From Octopus bimaculoides (taxonomy: Eukaryota), in NCBI RefSeq assembly GCF_001194135.2, contig NC_068985.1:78877239-78911982 (forward strand): 34,744 nt of DNA, in the 5' to 3' direction. Below are positions 19,186-31,130 of this stretch, piece by piece. Both the position numbers and the translations under genes were made by a program. The notes beneath the pieces are model-generated. The model searched no databases, had not been told where the DNA came from, and worked only from the letters and a program-made list of their open reading frames with translations. The first letter of the stretch is position 1; every line of letters begins with the position of its first letter.

Positions 19186-20409
19186 AGCTACTTTATAACC
19201 ATGTATTTCAAAATTTGTAATAACAAAATCTAAGTAAATGTCAACCCTTTTACTGCAGAAATCAGATATACCTACTCAAGATTTCATTCTCCTGAACAGC
19301 AGATAGCAGTATTATATACATGCTTTTGTTAAAGAATGTCCTGATTGCGACACTTTCTGTTGAGGTATGTCAAGTTTATTGAGGCAACAATGACTTGCAG
19401 AAAATACAAGTTCTACATTTTTGCTAGATATTAACTATGGAATAACTATGAAATTCAATTTCACAGTTTAAGGCTTAAGAAGAAAAAAAAACAAACAAAT
19501 TAATGATAAAACAAATTACAAAATTAATAGGAATTTCTTGTTATTTTCAACCCACATCAGTTTCCATCAAGCAAACTTATAAGCAAAAGAATTCAAAAAT
19601 ATGACCATCCTGTCTTTTACCTAAGTGGGATGCACCATATGCAACATTATTCAATGTGTCCTACCTTATTTTTTAATACTATAGTGTGTGACTGGTATAA
19701 GATTTGGCTGCTGTTTCTCATTTGTCAAGTGACAGAATAGAGTCTCCCATGTTAGCATGAAATTAATAGATTTTAAAAGGCGGAAGAATAAATAAAAATA
19801 AATAAAACAATAAAATTCTATTAGACATTCTTTCCTGATGATCAACAACAGAAAAAGACTAAAGCAGCAAAATTATTTAAATTAAGTAAACAAATAAAAA
19901 TGAAAACATCAAAAAAAAAAAAAAAGAAAGAAAATTTTTAAAAATAAGATTAAATCAACAACAAATGATATTTTATTAAAACTAACAAAATTTTATAAAT
20001 TCAAAAAATAAAGACATCAAAAACAAAAACAAAAGAAAATTTCATTAAATAAATAAATGAAAATTAAAGAATGGAAGATATATTTAAAAAGACAACAAAA
20101 AAAAATATATAATCAGTAAATAAATAAATAAATGCAGGACTATGTGGAATTATAAAGAATATGTTGAATATGAGAATAGTTTTGCAAAATTGGGATTCTT
20201 CAGTTTTGAATAGCTTTTAAAAGAGAAGATTGAATTGGCATTCATTTTAGGCCTATTTTTTAATTATTTTTTAAAATATTTTCCTTTCTTCTAGAAATAA
20301 TTTCTTTCCTGAAACTCTATTTCAGAGATAATTAGTATTAAAAATGAATTCTTACTACTACTATTATTATCATTATCATCATCATTATTATTATTAATAT
20401 TATTATTAT

Positions 20410-20855
20410 TAAGGCAAACCAGCAGAACTGTTAGCATGTCAGACAAAATGGTTAGCAACATTTCTTCTAGTTTTATGATCTGAGTTCAAATTCTGCTGAG
20501 GTCAACTTTGCCTTTCATCCTTTTGAGGTTGATAAAACACCAGCTGAGCACTGGGGTCAATGTAATCAATTAACACTTCCTTCCAAAAATTTCAGACTTT
20601 GTGCCTATAGTTAATAAAAGATTATTATTAAAGCAATGAATTAGTGCAATCATTAACACATTAAGCAAATGTTTAGTGGCATTTTCATACATCTTTATGT
20701 TCTGAGTTTAAATGCTGCCAAGGTTAAGTTTGCCTTCCATCCTTTTTAGGGTCAATGAAATAAGTACAGTTATGTACTGGGGTTGATATAATCAATTAGC
20801 CCCTTTCCCAAAATTTCAGGCCTTGTACCTTTAGTACAAAGGGTTATATTATTAT
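20410..20855 (+). mobile_element. Two head-to-tail SINE B copies
   Basis: GAGTTCAAATTCTGCTGAGG and GAGTTTAAATGCTGCCAAGG heads, each ending in an ATTATT tail. Confidence 0.85.
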
Positions 20856-21330
20856 TGAGTGAGAGAGCAGTGTATGCCATCAAAGTGACACTGGGGTAAA
20901 ATATACAAAGCTCAATATACCCATCATGACTACCTGTCTGATAAGGGTACACCAGACACATGTATCACAACCAGATAAACAACACATGACCTTGCAGGTG
21001 GGGCCCAGTTAAAATTTTCTTCAGGCTGAGTAAGTCCATCCTGCTCAAACGGACTTTGAATAAGGGTTGTTTAAGGATGTTGAGTAAAACACCCATGTTT
21101 CCAGAGGTGAATTATTCAAACCCCAAAGAGTGCCTCTCACCACATAGCTATGATGCTCCCCAACAATTTCTGCTCGTGATCAGAGGTGCACATATTGCCA
21201 GCCACAAACGGACGTGTTCAACTGGTTATGGTCAAACAACTGACAAGCAAATCTGTGGTACTGAGCAGAATATTTGCTGTAGCCCATCTTTTACACCAAG
21301 ACACATGTACATGATAACACTTACCACCAG
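20856..21330 (-). mobile_element. Family E interspersed repeat (probable retroposon with an AAT-type tail on the minus strand)
   Basis: High-complexity, higher-GC block abutting an (ATT)n tract. Single copy here; repeat status is from recall only. Confidence 0.4.
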
Positions 21331-21514
21331 CTCTTGATAATAAGCCATGAGAGCCAGTGACTGGTACTGCATCAGGGCATTCTTCTTCCTCTTCATCATC
21401 ATCAATACCACCACCATCATCATCATCATTGACATCATTACACATTACTTCTCAGGGTTTGGACAAATAAAGGAAGTGGAAAAAATGCCTTGCAATATTT
21501 CCTTTGACATAATA

Positions 21515-22255
21515 CGTCAGGCTGGCAGAATTGTTGGCACACTGGGTGAAATGTTTAGCAGCATTTCATCAGTCTTTCATGTTCAAGAGTTGAAATTCTG
21601 CCACAGTTCATTGACCCCTTTTGGGGTCAATAAAATAAGTACCAGTTGAGTACTAGAGCCGATGTAATCGACTTAGCCCCTTCACCATAATTGCTGGCCC
21701 TGTGCCAAAAATCTGAAATCACGATTTATTTTGACACTTTACATTTTGAGCTCAAATCCTACCATGATTGTCATCTTCCCAGGTGTTTTTCTTTAAATTA
21801 AGTAAGTCAAATATTGGGGTAAGTTTAAATTATTAATATCCTCCCTGTAAATTTCAAAATTTGTCCCAATGTGAAAAACAAGAGTAAATAGATAAGCAGA
21901 ATTCTTAGCATGGTCAAAATACTTTGCAGTGTTTCTTCCAACTCTTTACATTCTCAGTTCAAATCCTGCACAAAGCCATCTTTACCTGTCATCCATCTAA
22001 AGTGACTAACTCCTCCGTCTAAATTTCAGGCCTTGGGACTCTGTTATAAGAGCAATAAACTAGCATAAGTTAGAGTGGATAAAAAGCTTTTCAGCACATG
22101 TTCTAACTCTTTACATTCTGAGTTCAAATTCTGTCAAGGTCAACTTTGCTTATTATTCCTCTAGAGTCAATGAAGTCAAGTATCAGTCGTGTACTAGGAT
22201 AGATTCAATCAACTGACCCTTCTCTCCGAATTTCAGGCTTTGTACTTGAATGAGA
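21515..22255 (+). mobile_element. Cluster of 3-4 head-to-tail SINE B copies
   Basis: B-box-like motifs GAGTTGAAATTC (21587), GAGCTCAAATCC (21748), CAGTTCAAATCC (21955) and GAGTTCAAATTC (22120), with B tails. Confidence 0.8.
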
Positions 22256-22257
22256 AG

Positions 22258-22430
22258 TGAAGATGCATAGCCTAGTGGTTAGCGTGTTGCACTCACAATC
22301 AGGAGTGCTTTGATTCCTGGGCAGGATATTGTTCTTTGTCAAAACACTTCATTTCATGTTGCTTCAGTTCAATCAGTTGTAAATGAGTAAACCTGCAATG
22401 GACTGGCATTCCATTCAGGGAAAATGTAGA
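22258..22430 (+). mobile_element. SINE family F-type head/core with tail type 2
   Basis: GCATAGCCTAGTGGTTAGCGTG...AAAACACTTCATTTCATGTTGCTTCAGTTCAATCAGTTGTAAATGAGTAAACCTGCAATGGACTGGC. Confidence 0.7.
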
Positions 22431-23120
22431 TGAATATTTGGCTACTACCAGATTTGATGGCATAAAAGAAGCATGGGTATATTAGAAGCACCACAATTCT
22501 AGCAGCGAATATTCAAGAAACATTGGAGCTTATTGGAGGCCCAACTTCTCATATAGGACCTAAGGTGATTTTTTGAGGCATTTATTTTTTTAGAGAAAAA
22601 GTGCATCTTATACACCATCAAATGATACATCTTTGGTAGGCTGACCATCTGCATAGATGCTCGACCAGATTGTGATGGTTAGGAGTGATGGTTATGAGAG
22701 AATTTGTGGTTATTATCATTACTAATGACAAAATGTATTTCAATATTGACTGTATGTGATGAAGAGATAATTTCTTCATGTTTAATATCAAGACCACATA
22801 TTTTTTCTTGTGAAATAACATAAGAGAGGAGAAAACATACATGATGTAGCTCATCTTGTATGAAAGTGGTTTCAAATCCAGATTAAAGGTTTTCTTTTAT
22901 GTATTTAATGCCATTGATCTTAAATTGTACACTACAAGTAGGTGTACTGTGTATTGTTTTAAATATAATTCAACATTTCTGAAAATCCATGCTTGAATAT
23001 CTTTGAAAACATAATTTTTGTTTATATAGCTATGAAACAAAGTAAGCAGTTTTCTACACTTTAAAAAAAATTCTGATTTTAGAAACACATTTTTTAAAAA
23101 CTTTCCCAAGGAATTATGTT

Positions 23121-23250
23121 AGTAATTTTTAACTTTCCATGTGATATGCACCAGTAGTTTTCAATTTACCAACTGTGCCAGTTATTTTTAACTTGCCATG
23201 TAAAGCACTCCAGTAATTTTTAACTTCCCTGTGAAATGTGCCAGTAGTTT
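23121..23250. repeat. Degenerate ~31-bp minisatellite, ~4 units (AGTAATTTTTAACTTxCCATGTGAAATGTGCC)
   Basis: Units at 23121, 23153, 23180, 23212, partial at 23243. Confidence 0.8.
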
Positions 23251-23478
23251 TTTGTGATCTTCAGAACATAAAGTTTAAAAAAACTGAGATTCAATGTCTC
23301 AGTGCTCCTCTACTCTCTCTCAGTTTAACATTCTATGTAATTATATCTCCCACATAATTCTCAGTCAATGATCCATGCAACATTATCAAGCCTTCTATTA
23401 AATTCCTTTTCTGTTAATGTACTGTATTCACTTAATCAAATGTTTAATACTTCCAACTGTTTTCGTTATACATTTTAC

Positions 23479-23623
23479 ATAAAGAGTCAATGGTTTGTTG
23501 ATGTGCAATTTAATGTTGTTTCCCTAAATTGGTTCTTTATTGTTTTTCACATTTTTAAAGAGTCAATGGGTTTCTTGATATGCAATTTGATATCATTTGT
23601 TTCTCTAAATTGGTTCTTTACTG
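23479..23623. repeat. Diverged direct duplication (~65-bp unit, ~78-bp period)
   Basis: AAAGAGTCAATGG...TGCAATTT...CTAAATTGGTTCTTTA occurs at 23479 and 23557. Confidence 0.85.
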
Positions 23624-23974
23624 CAAAGGTCAGCCTTAAGTCTGAATATTTTCTTGTTATTATTCATGACCAGAATTATCCCCCACATTAAGGCTGACAC
23701 AGTCAAATCCCTAAAACAAAACCAAAAAAAAAAAAAAATTACACTTTCTATTTGTACCAAGTTTTTCCCAAGATATTGTATCTTATACTATACTAATTTT
23801 GTATCATGCTAATTTCCTCCTCTCCAGAGTTTACCTTGAGATACAGGGACCAGCTCATTTATCCCTGAATTGACTCGTGTGACACTAGGATATATCCACA
23901 TACAAGAGAGTCTGTGTGATAGATCTCAAGGAGCTTCTAAATTCAGTATGCTTTAGACATAGGACTATCTTCTA

Positions 23975-24130
23975 TTTGACCCATAACTGGACTCTTGACA
24001 GATACTACCACCCCAGGTCAGAGTGAATCTTGGAATAGCAATGACTCAGGGATAACTCCCACACTGCCCCAACCCTTGAACCTCAAAGATGGAACTCAAC
24101 ACTGGATACAGTTTAATGTCTAATTCTGGA
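23975..24130. mobile_element. Family G interspersed repeat fragment
   Basis: ACTACCACCCCAGGTCAGAGTG...ACTCCACACTGCCCC...GATACAGTTTAATGTC resembles a common octopus repeat as I recall it; single copy here. Confidence 0.45.
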
Positions 24131-24239
24131 CCTGTTATAACACAAGTACATTTAATAAAATGAGGCAAGTGGTAGGTTATTTTGCTTCTCCTAACTTTTT
24201 AACTTCAAAATAAATTTCTTAAAAGTCTCTCTTTCACCT

Positions 24240-24413
24240 TTTTACTTTTTACTTGTTTCACATATTTAACTGCAGTCAACGAACTGCCTTCAAGGGTTTA
24301 GTGAAAAAAATCATGTCCAGTACTCATTCAATTATACTCTTTTGTTAATTGCTAAGTTACAGGGACATATACAATCCAACAACTGCTGTCAATTGGTGGG
24401 GAGGAGCGCACGT

Positions 24414-24459
<46 letters not shown>

Positions 24460-24615
24460 CTTCCACAAAGTTTCTGTCTATCAAATCTAGGCACAAGGTA
24501 TTGGTTGGCATGAGGATATAGTGAAAGACACTTGCCCAAGGTGCTACACTGTAGGACTGAACCTGAAACCATGCAGTTGCAAAGCAAACTTTTCTAACCA
24601 CACAACTACAGCTGC
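24240..24615 (-). mobile_element. SINE family A, degenerate full length with central (CA)n
   Basis: TTTACTTGTTTCAC...GACACTTGCCCAAGGTGCTACACTGTAGGACTGAACC. Confidence 0.85.
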
Positions 24616-25239
24616 AACTATCTTTTAAAAAAACAAAAGGAAAAAGAATTAAAAAAATTAAATTCTTTCCATGTGTAGTTCACCAGGAATTAAATTTTTT
24701 TTATTATTATCTCCATTAATACCACGAAGTCAAAAAGATTGCAAATCACTAATATATGCGATTACCTATTATATACCTATCAATAACCTGTCAGCAACTT
24801 ACGTTATTGAAAGTCAAATTATCAGCTGTAAAATTGTCAACCATATTACTTTCATTGTTAGAGGATCCTTTCAAACACAAAACCGTTTGTGAATCATCCA
24901 TTATGGTAAGCGTTTTCTGCTAGCTAAATCATTATTTAATTATCTATTCTTTCATGGCATTAGTTTTTTAACTCTTTTTTTTTTTTAATAATATTTTTGT
25001 TGAAAAATGCTGCCATTGTTTAAATTGATGTTTAAAATAATGAAGGATTTAATAATTTAGTCATTATTAAGCTAGTGCTTGGAACATAAACTAACATGAA
25101 ATTTTGATGGAAGGTTTTAATATAGATCACTTTAAATCATGAAATTTGTATGATAGAACCAGCTGGTCTCAGGTTTCCATTATTATAAGTTTCACGGATC
25201 TACAGGGCATATCTGATAGAACAACTTCAGGACACTGAA

Positions 25240-25590
25240 CCTTATGGAGGAGATGATGAAGGACAGAGATATCTGGCACTGTGCTGCACTAAAGAAGACC
25301 CATACCCCACAGTAGGAGTGTTAATAACATTCCCCCTGATGAAGAGAATTGGCCTGCAAAAGCCCTGTGCTGATGCCATGTAAAAAGCACTCGTGCCAGC
25401 ACCACATGAAAGCAGTTGGTCTGGTGCCACATTAAAAGCACCCATCACATACTATAAAGTGGTTGGTGTTAGGAAACCAAGCCAAATCAGACCAGAACCT
25501 GATGCAGCTCTCCTACTTGCCAGCTCTGGTCAAACCATTAAACCCATGCCAGCAGGGAAAATGGACGTAAAAGGATAATGGATGATGATG
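25240..25590 (+). mobile_element. Retroposon family D
   Basis: CATGTAAAAAGCAC...GGTTGGTGTTAGGAA...CCCATGCCAGCAGGGAAAATGGACGTAAAAGGATAATGGATGATGATG. Confidence 0.8.
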
Positions 25591-26146
25591 AAACAATGGA
25601 TTTTCTGGGGGCTTTTTCATTTTATGCTTGAAACAATGTCTATAATTTTCCATACAAAATGCACTATTAGCTAGCTACATTTCCTATATAATGGCGTTCT
25701 AGTTAACTTTTTACTAAATCTTCAGTGAACTACAAAATCAGAAATATTAAAAGCTACAGCTAAAGTTTATCTTTTACTTGATGTATTATCACATAGTCTG
25801 GCCACAAAAATCAACAAAAGATGGTCCTACATGGTCACTTAACCTGGTAAAAATAGAAGCCAAATTTTAAAATCACAGCCTACAACCTTGAAAACTTAAA
25901 ATTATTCCCTATTTTAAGAATGGCAAATTGCAAGAGATTTGTTCACAATGAATCGCTACACATTCACTCAATGTGGAGCCTCTTTTTGTCATATGAATTA
26001 CTCGAAACAAGCAGTCAAATATCTCTCAAACTCCACTCTACTGTTTTAAACTGGGAGACGTTGGATTATGTAGTCCAGGTTATACCTCATTCTCTCATTC
26101 ATCCAGTAAAGACTGGATGCTTACAGTTGAAAAGCCTTCGATCAAA

Positions 26147-26363
26147 CAAAGGGATGCTGAAAAGTTCCTGGCATTAAAGGTATCACGAAAGGCCTGGTTG
26201 GAGGTCCAACCTTCAGAGTTCTTTTCAAGAGCTTAGAAAAACCGAAGGTCCACTGCAATAAGTGTATGAATCTGAGAGGGGAATATGTTCAATAGAATTT
26301 TAATTAACTGATCCTCCTGTATTTTCTTCTACTAAATACAAGGAACTTTTTAGCAATCCCTTG
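26147..26363 (+). mobile_element. Second, older copy of the mariner-derived MITE
   Basis: Collinear with 11123-11331 (GCTGAAAAGTTCCTGGC...GAAAGGCCTGGTTGGAGG...GAATCTGAGAGGGGAATAT...GGAACTTTTTAGCA). Confidence 0.85.
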
Positions 26364-26539
26364 CATGTTTGTTCCATCAGGACAGTTTAGGGGCTAAACT
26401 ACACATTGTACTTTCCAAACCATTCATTATTTCTGTAGTTGCCCCCATTCAGCTCATTAAAATTGTTGCATTTCAACTATCATAACTATAACTGGATTTA
26501 AGGCCAATTGATGCCCTAAGCATAGCTCAATGTTGGTGC

Positions 26540-26960
26540 CTGGTGAGCTGGCAGAAACGTCAGCACACTGGGCGAAAGGCTTACCGGTATTTTGTCTGTC
26601 TTTAGGTTCTGAGTTCAAATTCCGCTAAGCTTGACTTTGCTTTTCATCCTTTTGGGGTCAATAAATTAAGTACCAGTTGTATACTGGAGTCAATCTAATC
26701 AACTGGCCCCCTCCCCCAAAATTTCAGGCCTTGTGCCTAGAGTAGAATAGAATGTTGGTTCCCTGACAAGCTGACAGAATCATAGCACACTTGGAAAAAA
26801 TGCTTAGCAGCATTTTGTCTGTCTTTATGTTCTGAGTTCAAATTCTGTTGAGGTCAACTTTGCCTTCCATCCTTTCAGGTTTGATAAACCAAGTACCAGT
26901 TGAATACTAGGGTCAATGTAATTGATTTAACTCCTTCCCTGAACTTGCCAAAATTTGAAA
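26540..26960 (+). mobile_element. Two head-to-tail SINE B copies (first is young)
   Basis: GGTGAGCTGGCAGAAACGTCAGCAC...GAGTTCAAATTCCGC...CAGGCCTTGTGCCTAGAGTAGAATAGAAT, then AAGCTGACAGAATCATAGCAC... Confidence 0.9.
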
Positions 26961-27507
26961 TCAATATTGGTGCCCCTCAACCCTTCCATTGTCAAACTGA
27001 CAAGATAACAAAACATAATAAATAATATATATGAATATTGTACATACTATATAATAATAAATATATATGCAAAATAGATTGAAATTTCAGTTGTTTTTCT
27101 GGGTCATCACTCAAGACCAGATCTTTATCTATATTAAATATATAAGCCATTTTATTTCATATAGTTAACCCTAAATAACAATAAGTAATAACACTCAATT
27201 ACTCATACCTAGGGAAACAAGAAAACCACCTTTTTATTCATTTCCTTTTCAACTACTATAATTTAATATCTGCATCATGAAAAATGTTACACTGGAAAAA
27301 AATTCTGAGCTGCTCTTTTAGTGCCCCAAGAACATGCTTATGTTGTTTAGTGTTAATGTGGACCTGATCATAATCTTCATTCAACATATCTAACATTTAT
27401 AAGGTGCCTCTGTTTTTGTCCAGTTTGTTTGCTTGATTATTTGCTCAAATATCTGCCTTGGTATCTTAGAAAATAGTGAACTTAGGATCAAAGTTCAGTT
27501 AAGCAAA

Positions 27508-27511
<4 letters not shown>

Positions 27512-27541
<30 letters not shown>
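27512..27541. repeat. Poly(A) tract, ~30 nt
   Basis: Direct reading. Confidence 0.95.
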
Positions 27542-27543
<2 letters not shown>

Positions 27544-28689
27544 CTGTTTGCTTTTTATTCTCTCTATTTTGCTAACTTTTCTATATTACTCAAATATATT
27601 ACTCTATATTATTCAAACATCAAATATCCTGACTTATATGCAGAGCAAGCTTCAGCATTTACAATGTGCAAAATGTGAGGGAAATGTGTTTGGCTACATT
27701 GGTACATAGGTATAAAACGTGAAAAAATTTCCTTTCTACATTCAAATATTAACCACATATATACAGAAAAATTCCAGAGCATATTAATTATATCTCTACT
27801 TTGTTTATGTGTCTGTACAAGCGTATGCACATGAGTGCTGTGTGCATGTATGTTTTGCTTTAAATTATCTCTAACTTGTAATAAAGTTCTATGCTTTAGA
27901 TTCAAGTGATATGAAGAACAAGAAAAAAATATTTCATTTTTTCCCTTTAAGGAATGAAATCAGAAAATATATTAGAATTATTTGAACTTTTTTTTTAATT
28001 TGATTTTTGTTACTCTCAGTAATGACACCTCTACAATACCGATGCTTTAAACATTATTTATTCTTTGCAAAACATTCAGAGCTTTTTTTCTTTTTATTTC
28101 TTCTTCTTCAAAAAAATTAAAGACCACCCACAATCTTCTATAATTATTTATTTTCAGATAAATATTCATAATTATTTTTTCCTTTTAATAATTTTCTTCT
28201 TTTCTAAATGTCATTATTCAGTCAGTGGTTAATATCTAAATACTTGCACCTCCATCAACACCACCAACACTACCGCGAAAACACCATAGGCTATTTTTAT
28301 TTAATGTTTCATTCAATATGCACATATGTAAAGATTCTATGATGCATTGAGAGAGAGAGAAAGAAATTAATTATCTTGCTCAATGGTTTTCAGTGCCAAA
28401 CCAAACAATTAGAATTGACACAATCTTCACCATGTTTTCACTCCTCCTTTCAAAATCTATCTGGTTGAAATATTCGTACTTTCTCAGATTTCACTTGCTT
28501 TTTGTCCTTTCCTTTTTTTCTTACTATGAAAAAAAAAAATTCTTTTTGCCATGACAGACAATATCAATAATCTATGTCTGAGCTATACATATGAATATAT
28601 ACATACTTACATACATGTGTGTGTGTGTTTACCTCTTCAGCAAGATACCTGCTCCTCTCCCTCTATCATAGTTTTTTATTCCTCCAGTC

Positions 28690-29415
28690 CATGCCATGCT
28701 CAGTTGAGTGGTCTTATCTTGCAGGTACTTGGTAACCTCACTGGTGCTGGAGCCACATAAAAAGCACCCAGTATACTCTGTTAGGTGGTTTGTATTGGAA
28801 AGGCCATCCAGCTGCAGAAACCAGTGGAGCCCTTTGACTCATTTGTTCTTGTCAGGCCGTCCAACCCTCTCTCCCTTTTGCCAAGTAACTATGTATCTCC
28901 TGTATTGCAAGAGGCCTGTTTCTGCCTCTCTCTTTCTCTGTCTCACTCTAACCTTTCATCAGCTGACACAAGATCACCTCCTCTAATGCCCCCCTCCTCT
29001 ATAGCAAGACACTTGTTTCTGCCTCTCTGTCACACTAATTTTTCCTCATCTGACACAAGATCCCCCTCTTCCAATGCCTCCTCCTCTCTTAAAATTCTTT
29101 TGTCTTGCAAATTACTTGGTGACCCTGCTGGTGCTTGTGCCACATAAAAAGCATCCAGTTCACACTGTAAAGTGGTTGACATTTGGCAGGGCATTCAGCT
29201 GTAAAAACCATGCCAAAACTGACCTTGCCAGTGCTGCCACCACGTAAAAAGCACTTAGTCCACTCTGCAGAGTGGTTGGTATTAGGAAGAGCATCCAGCC
29301 ATAAAAACCCTGCCAGAACAGACACAGTAGCCTGGAGTTATCTTCTACCTGGCCAGCTCCTGTCAAATTGTTCAACCCATGCCTACATGGAAGGCAAACA
29401 TTAAACGATGAAGTT
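28690..29415 (+). mobile_element. Two family D copies (28690-28870 partial, 29110-29415) separated by a duplicated pyrimidine-rich segment
   Basis: CACATAAAAAGCA at 28755 and 29141; end CCCATGCCTACATGGAAGGCAAACATTAAACGATGAAG. Confidence 0.75.
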
Positions 29416-29426
29416 GATATATATAT

Positions 29427-30381
29427 NNNNNNNNNNNNNNNNNNNNNNNNNNNNNNNNNNNNNNNNNNNNNNNNNNNNNNNNNNNNNNNNNNNNNNNNNN
29501 NNNNNNNNNNNNNNNNNNNNNNNNNNNNNNNNNNNNNNNNNNNNNNNNNNNNNNNNNNNNNNNNNNNNNNNNNNNNNNNNNNNNNNNNNNNNNNNNNNNN
29601 NNNNNNNNNNNNNNNNNNNNNNNNNNNNNNNNNNNNNNNNNNNNNNNNNNNNNNNNNNNNNNNNNNNNNNNNNNNNNNNNNNNNNNNNNNNNNNNNNNNN
29701 NNNNNNNNNNNNNNNNNNNNNNNNNNNNNNNNNNNNNNNNNNNNNNNNNNNNNNNNNNNNNNNNNNNNNNNNNNNNNNNNNNNNNNNNNNNNNNNNNNNN
29801 NNNNNNNNNNNNNNNNNNNNNNNNNNNNNNNNNNNNNNNNNNNNNNNNNNNNNNNNNNNNNNNNNNNNNNNNNNNNNNNNNNNNNNNNNNNNNNNNNNNN
29901 NNNNNNNNNNNNNNNNNNNNNNNNNNNNNNNNNNNNNNNNNNNNNNNNNNNNNNNNNNNNNNNNNNNNNNNNNNNNNNNNNNNNNNNNNNNNNNNNNNNN
30001 NNNNNNNNNNNNNNNNNNNNNNNNNNNNNNNNNNNNNNNNNNNNNNNNNNNNNNNNNNNNNNNNNNNNNNNNNNNNNNNNNNNNNNNNNNNNNNNNNNNN
30101 NNNNNNNNNNNNNNNNNNNNNNNNNNNNNNNNNNNNNNNNNNNNNNNNNNNNNNNNNNNNNNNNNNNNNNNNNNNNNNNNNNNNNNNNNNNNNNNNNNNN
30201 NNNNNNNNNNNNNNNNNNNNNNNNNNNNNNNNNNNNNNNNNNNNNNNNNNNNNNNNNNNNNNNNNNNNNNNNNNNNNNNNNNNNNNNNNNNNNNNNNNNN
30301 NNNNNNNNNNNNNNNNNNNNNNNNNNNNNNNNNNNNNNNNNNNNNNNNNNNNNNNNNNNNNNNNNNNNNNNNNNNNNNNNN
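29427..30381. other. Assembly gap
   Basis: N run. Confidence 0.99.
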
Positions 30382-30460
<79 letters not shown>

Positions 30461-30467
30461 GAAGGAA

Positions 30468-30532
<65 letters not shown>

Positions 30533-30628
30533 GGAGGAAGAAAGAAAGGAAGGAAGGAAGAAAGAAAGAAAGAAAGAAAGGAAGGAAGGAAGGAAGAAAG
30601 GAAGGAAGGAAGGAAGGAAGAAAGAAAG
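30382..30628. repeat. (AAAG)n/(AAGG)n microsatellite
   Basis: Direct reading. Confidence 0.98.
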
Positions 30629-30852
30629 AGACAGACAGACATAGACAGAGAGGTGGGGGAAGGAATTATAGGATAATATAATAATAGAAACTTCTAAAAG
30701 GACAGAATGGTCATGACTGGAATATCTTAGATCAGTAATGATCAATCAGTGTTGATGAGGACCTAAACAACAATAATAGTAAAACTATGAATAATGAGGA
30801 TGGTAGTCTAATTATCTGAGGTGCCTCTTGAGATTTCTAACACAGATACAAG

Positions 30853-31130
30853 CAGGTCTGTGGAGTCGAAACAAAAAACTTTGACTCCATCTCCTCTACT
30901 ATTGGCTACTCCGACTCCTCTTTATATAATTAAGTGATTGTGGTTTACATACCTCATAAAGCATATGCATACGCGTGTACTCTGAGTAGGCTTATATGTT
31001 ATAACTGGTTTATATTAAAGAATAAAGATATTGTGAGTCAGAATTGGTATAGTTTTTCCAACTCCAGTCACCCCTTGTTTCTGACCGACTCCAGCGACCC
31101 TTTGTTTCTGACTCCAACTCCACAACCCTG
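30853..31130. mobile_element. hAT-family MITE with perfect 8-bp TSD
   Basis: TIRs CAGGTCTGTGGAGTCGAA / TCCAACTCCACAACCCTG; TSD GATACAAG at 30845-52 and 31131-38; subterminal ACTCC repeats. Confidence 0.9.

Noticed and set aside
19259-19364. Exon-like segment with CTGCAG acceptor and GAG|GTATGT donor
   Set aside because: All three frames are closed from the best acceptor. Only an internal acceptor gives a short open frame with no recognisable homology.
19780-20340. Strong A-rich then T-rich strand skew
   Set aside because: No real base complementarity found; treated as low-complexity DNA.
21056-21649. ORFs including an acidic DDDDGGGIDDDEEEEE stretch
   Set aside because: Derived from the (CAT)/(CTT) microsatellite and repeats E and B.
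22555-22630. Possible pogo/Tigger-like end (AAAAAGTGCATCTTATACACC)
   Set aside because: No matching opposite TIR or TSD located.
27646-27705. LQCAKCEGNVFGYIG zinc-ribbon-like reading
   Set aside because: The frame ends in a stop before the good donor; too short to support.
29368-30745. Long ORFs (413-457 aa), including KERK- and SFFL-rich ends
   Set aside because: Artefacts of reading through N gaps and the (AAAG)n microsatellite.
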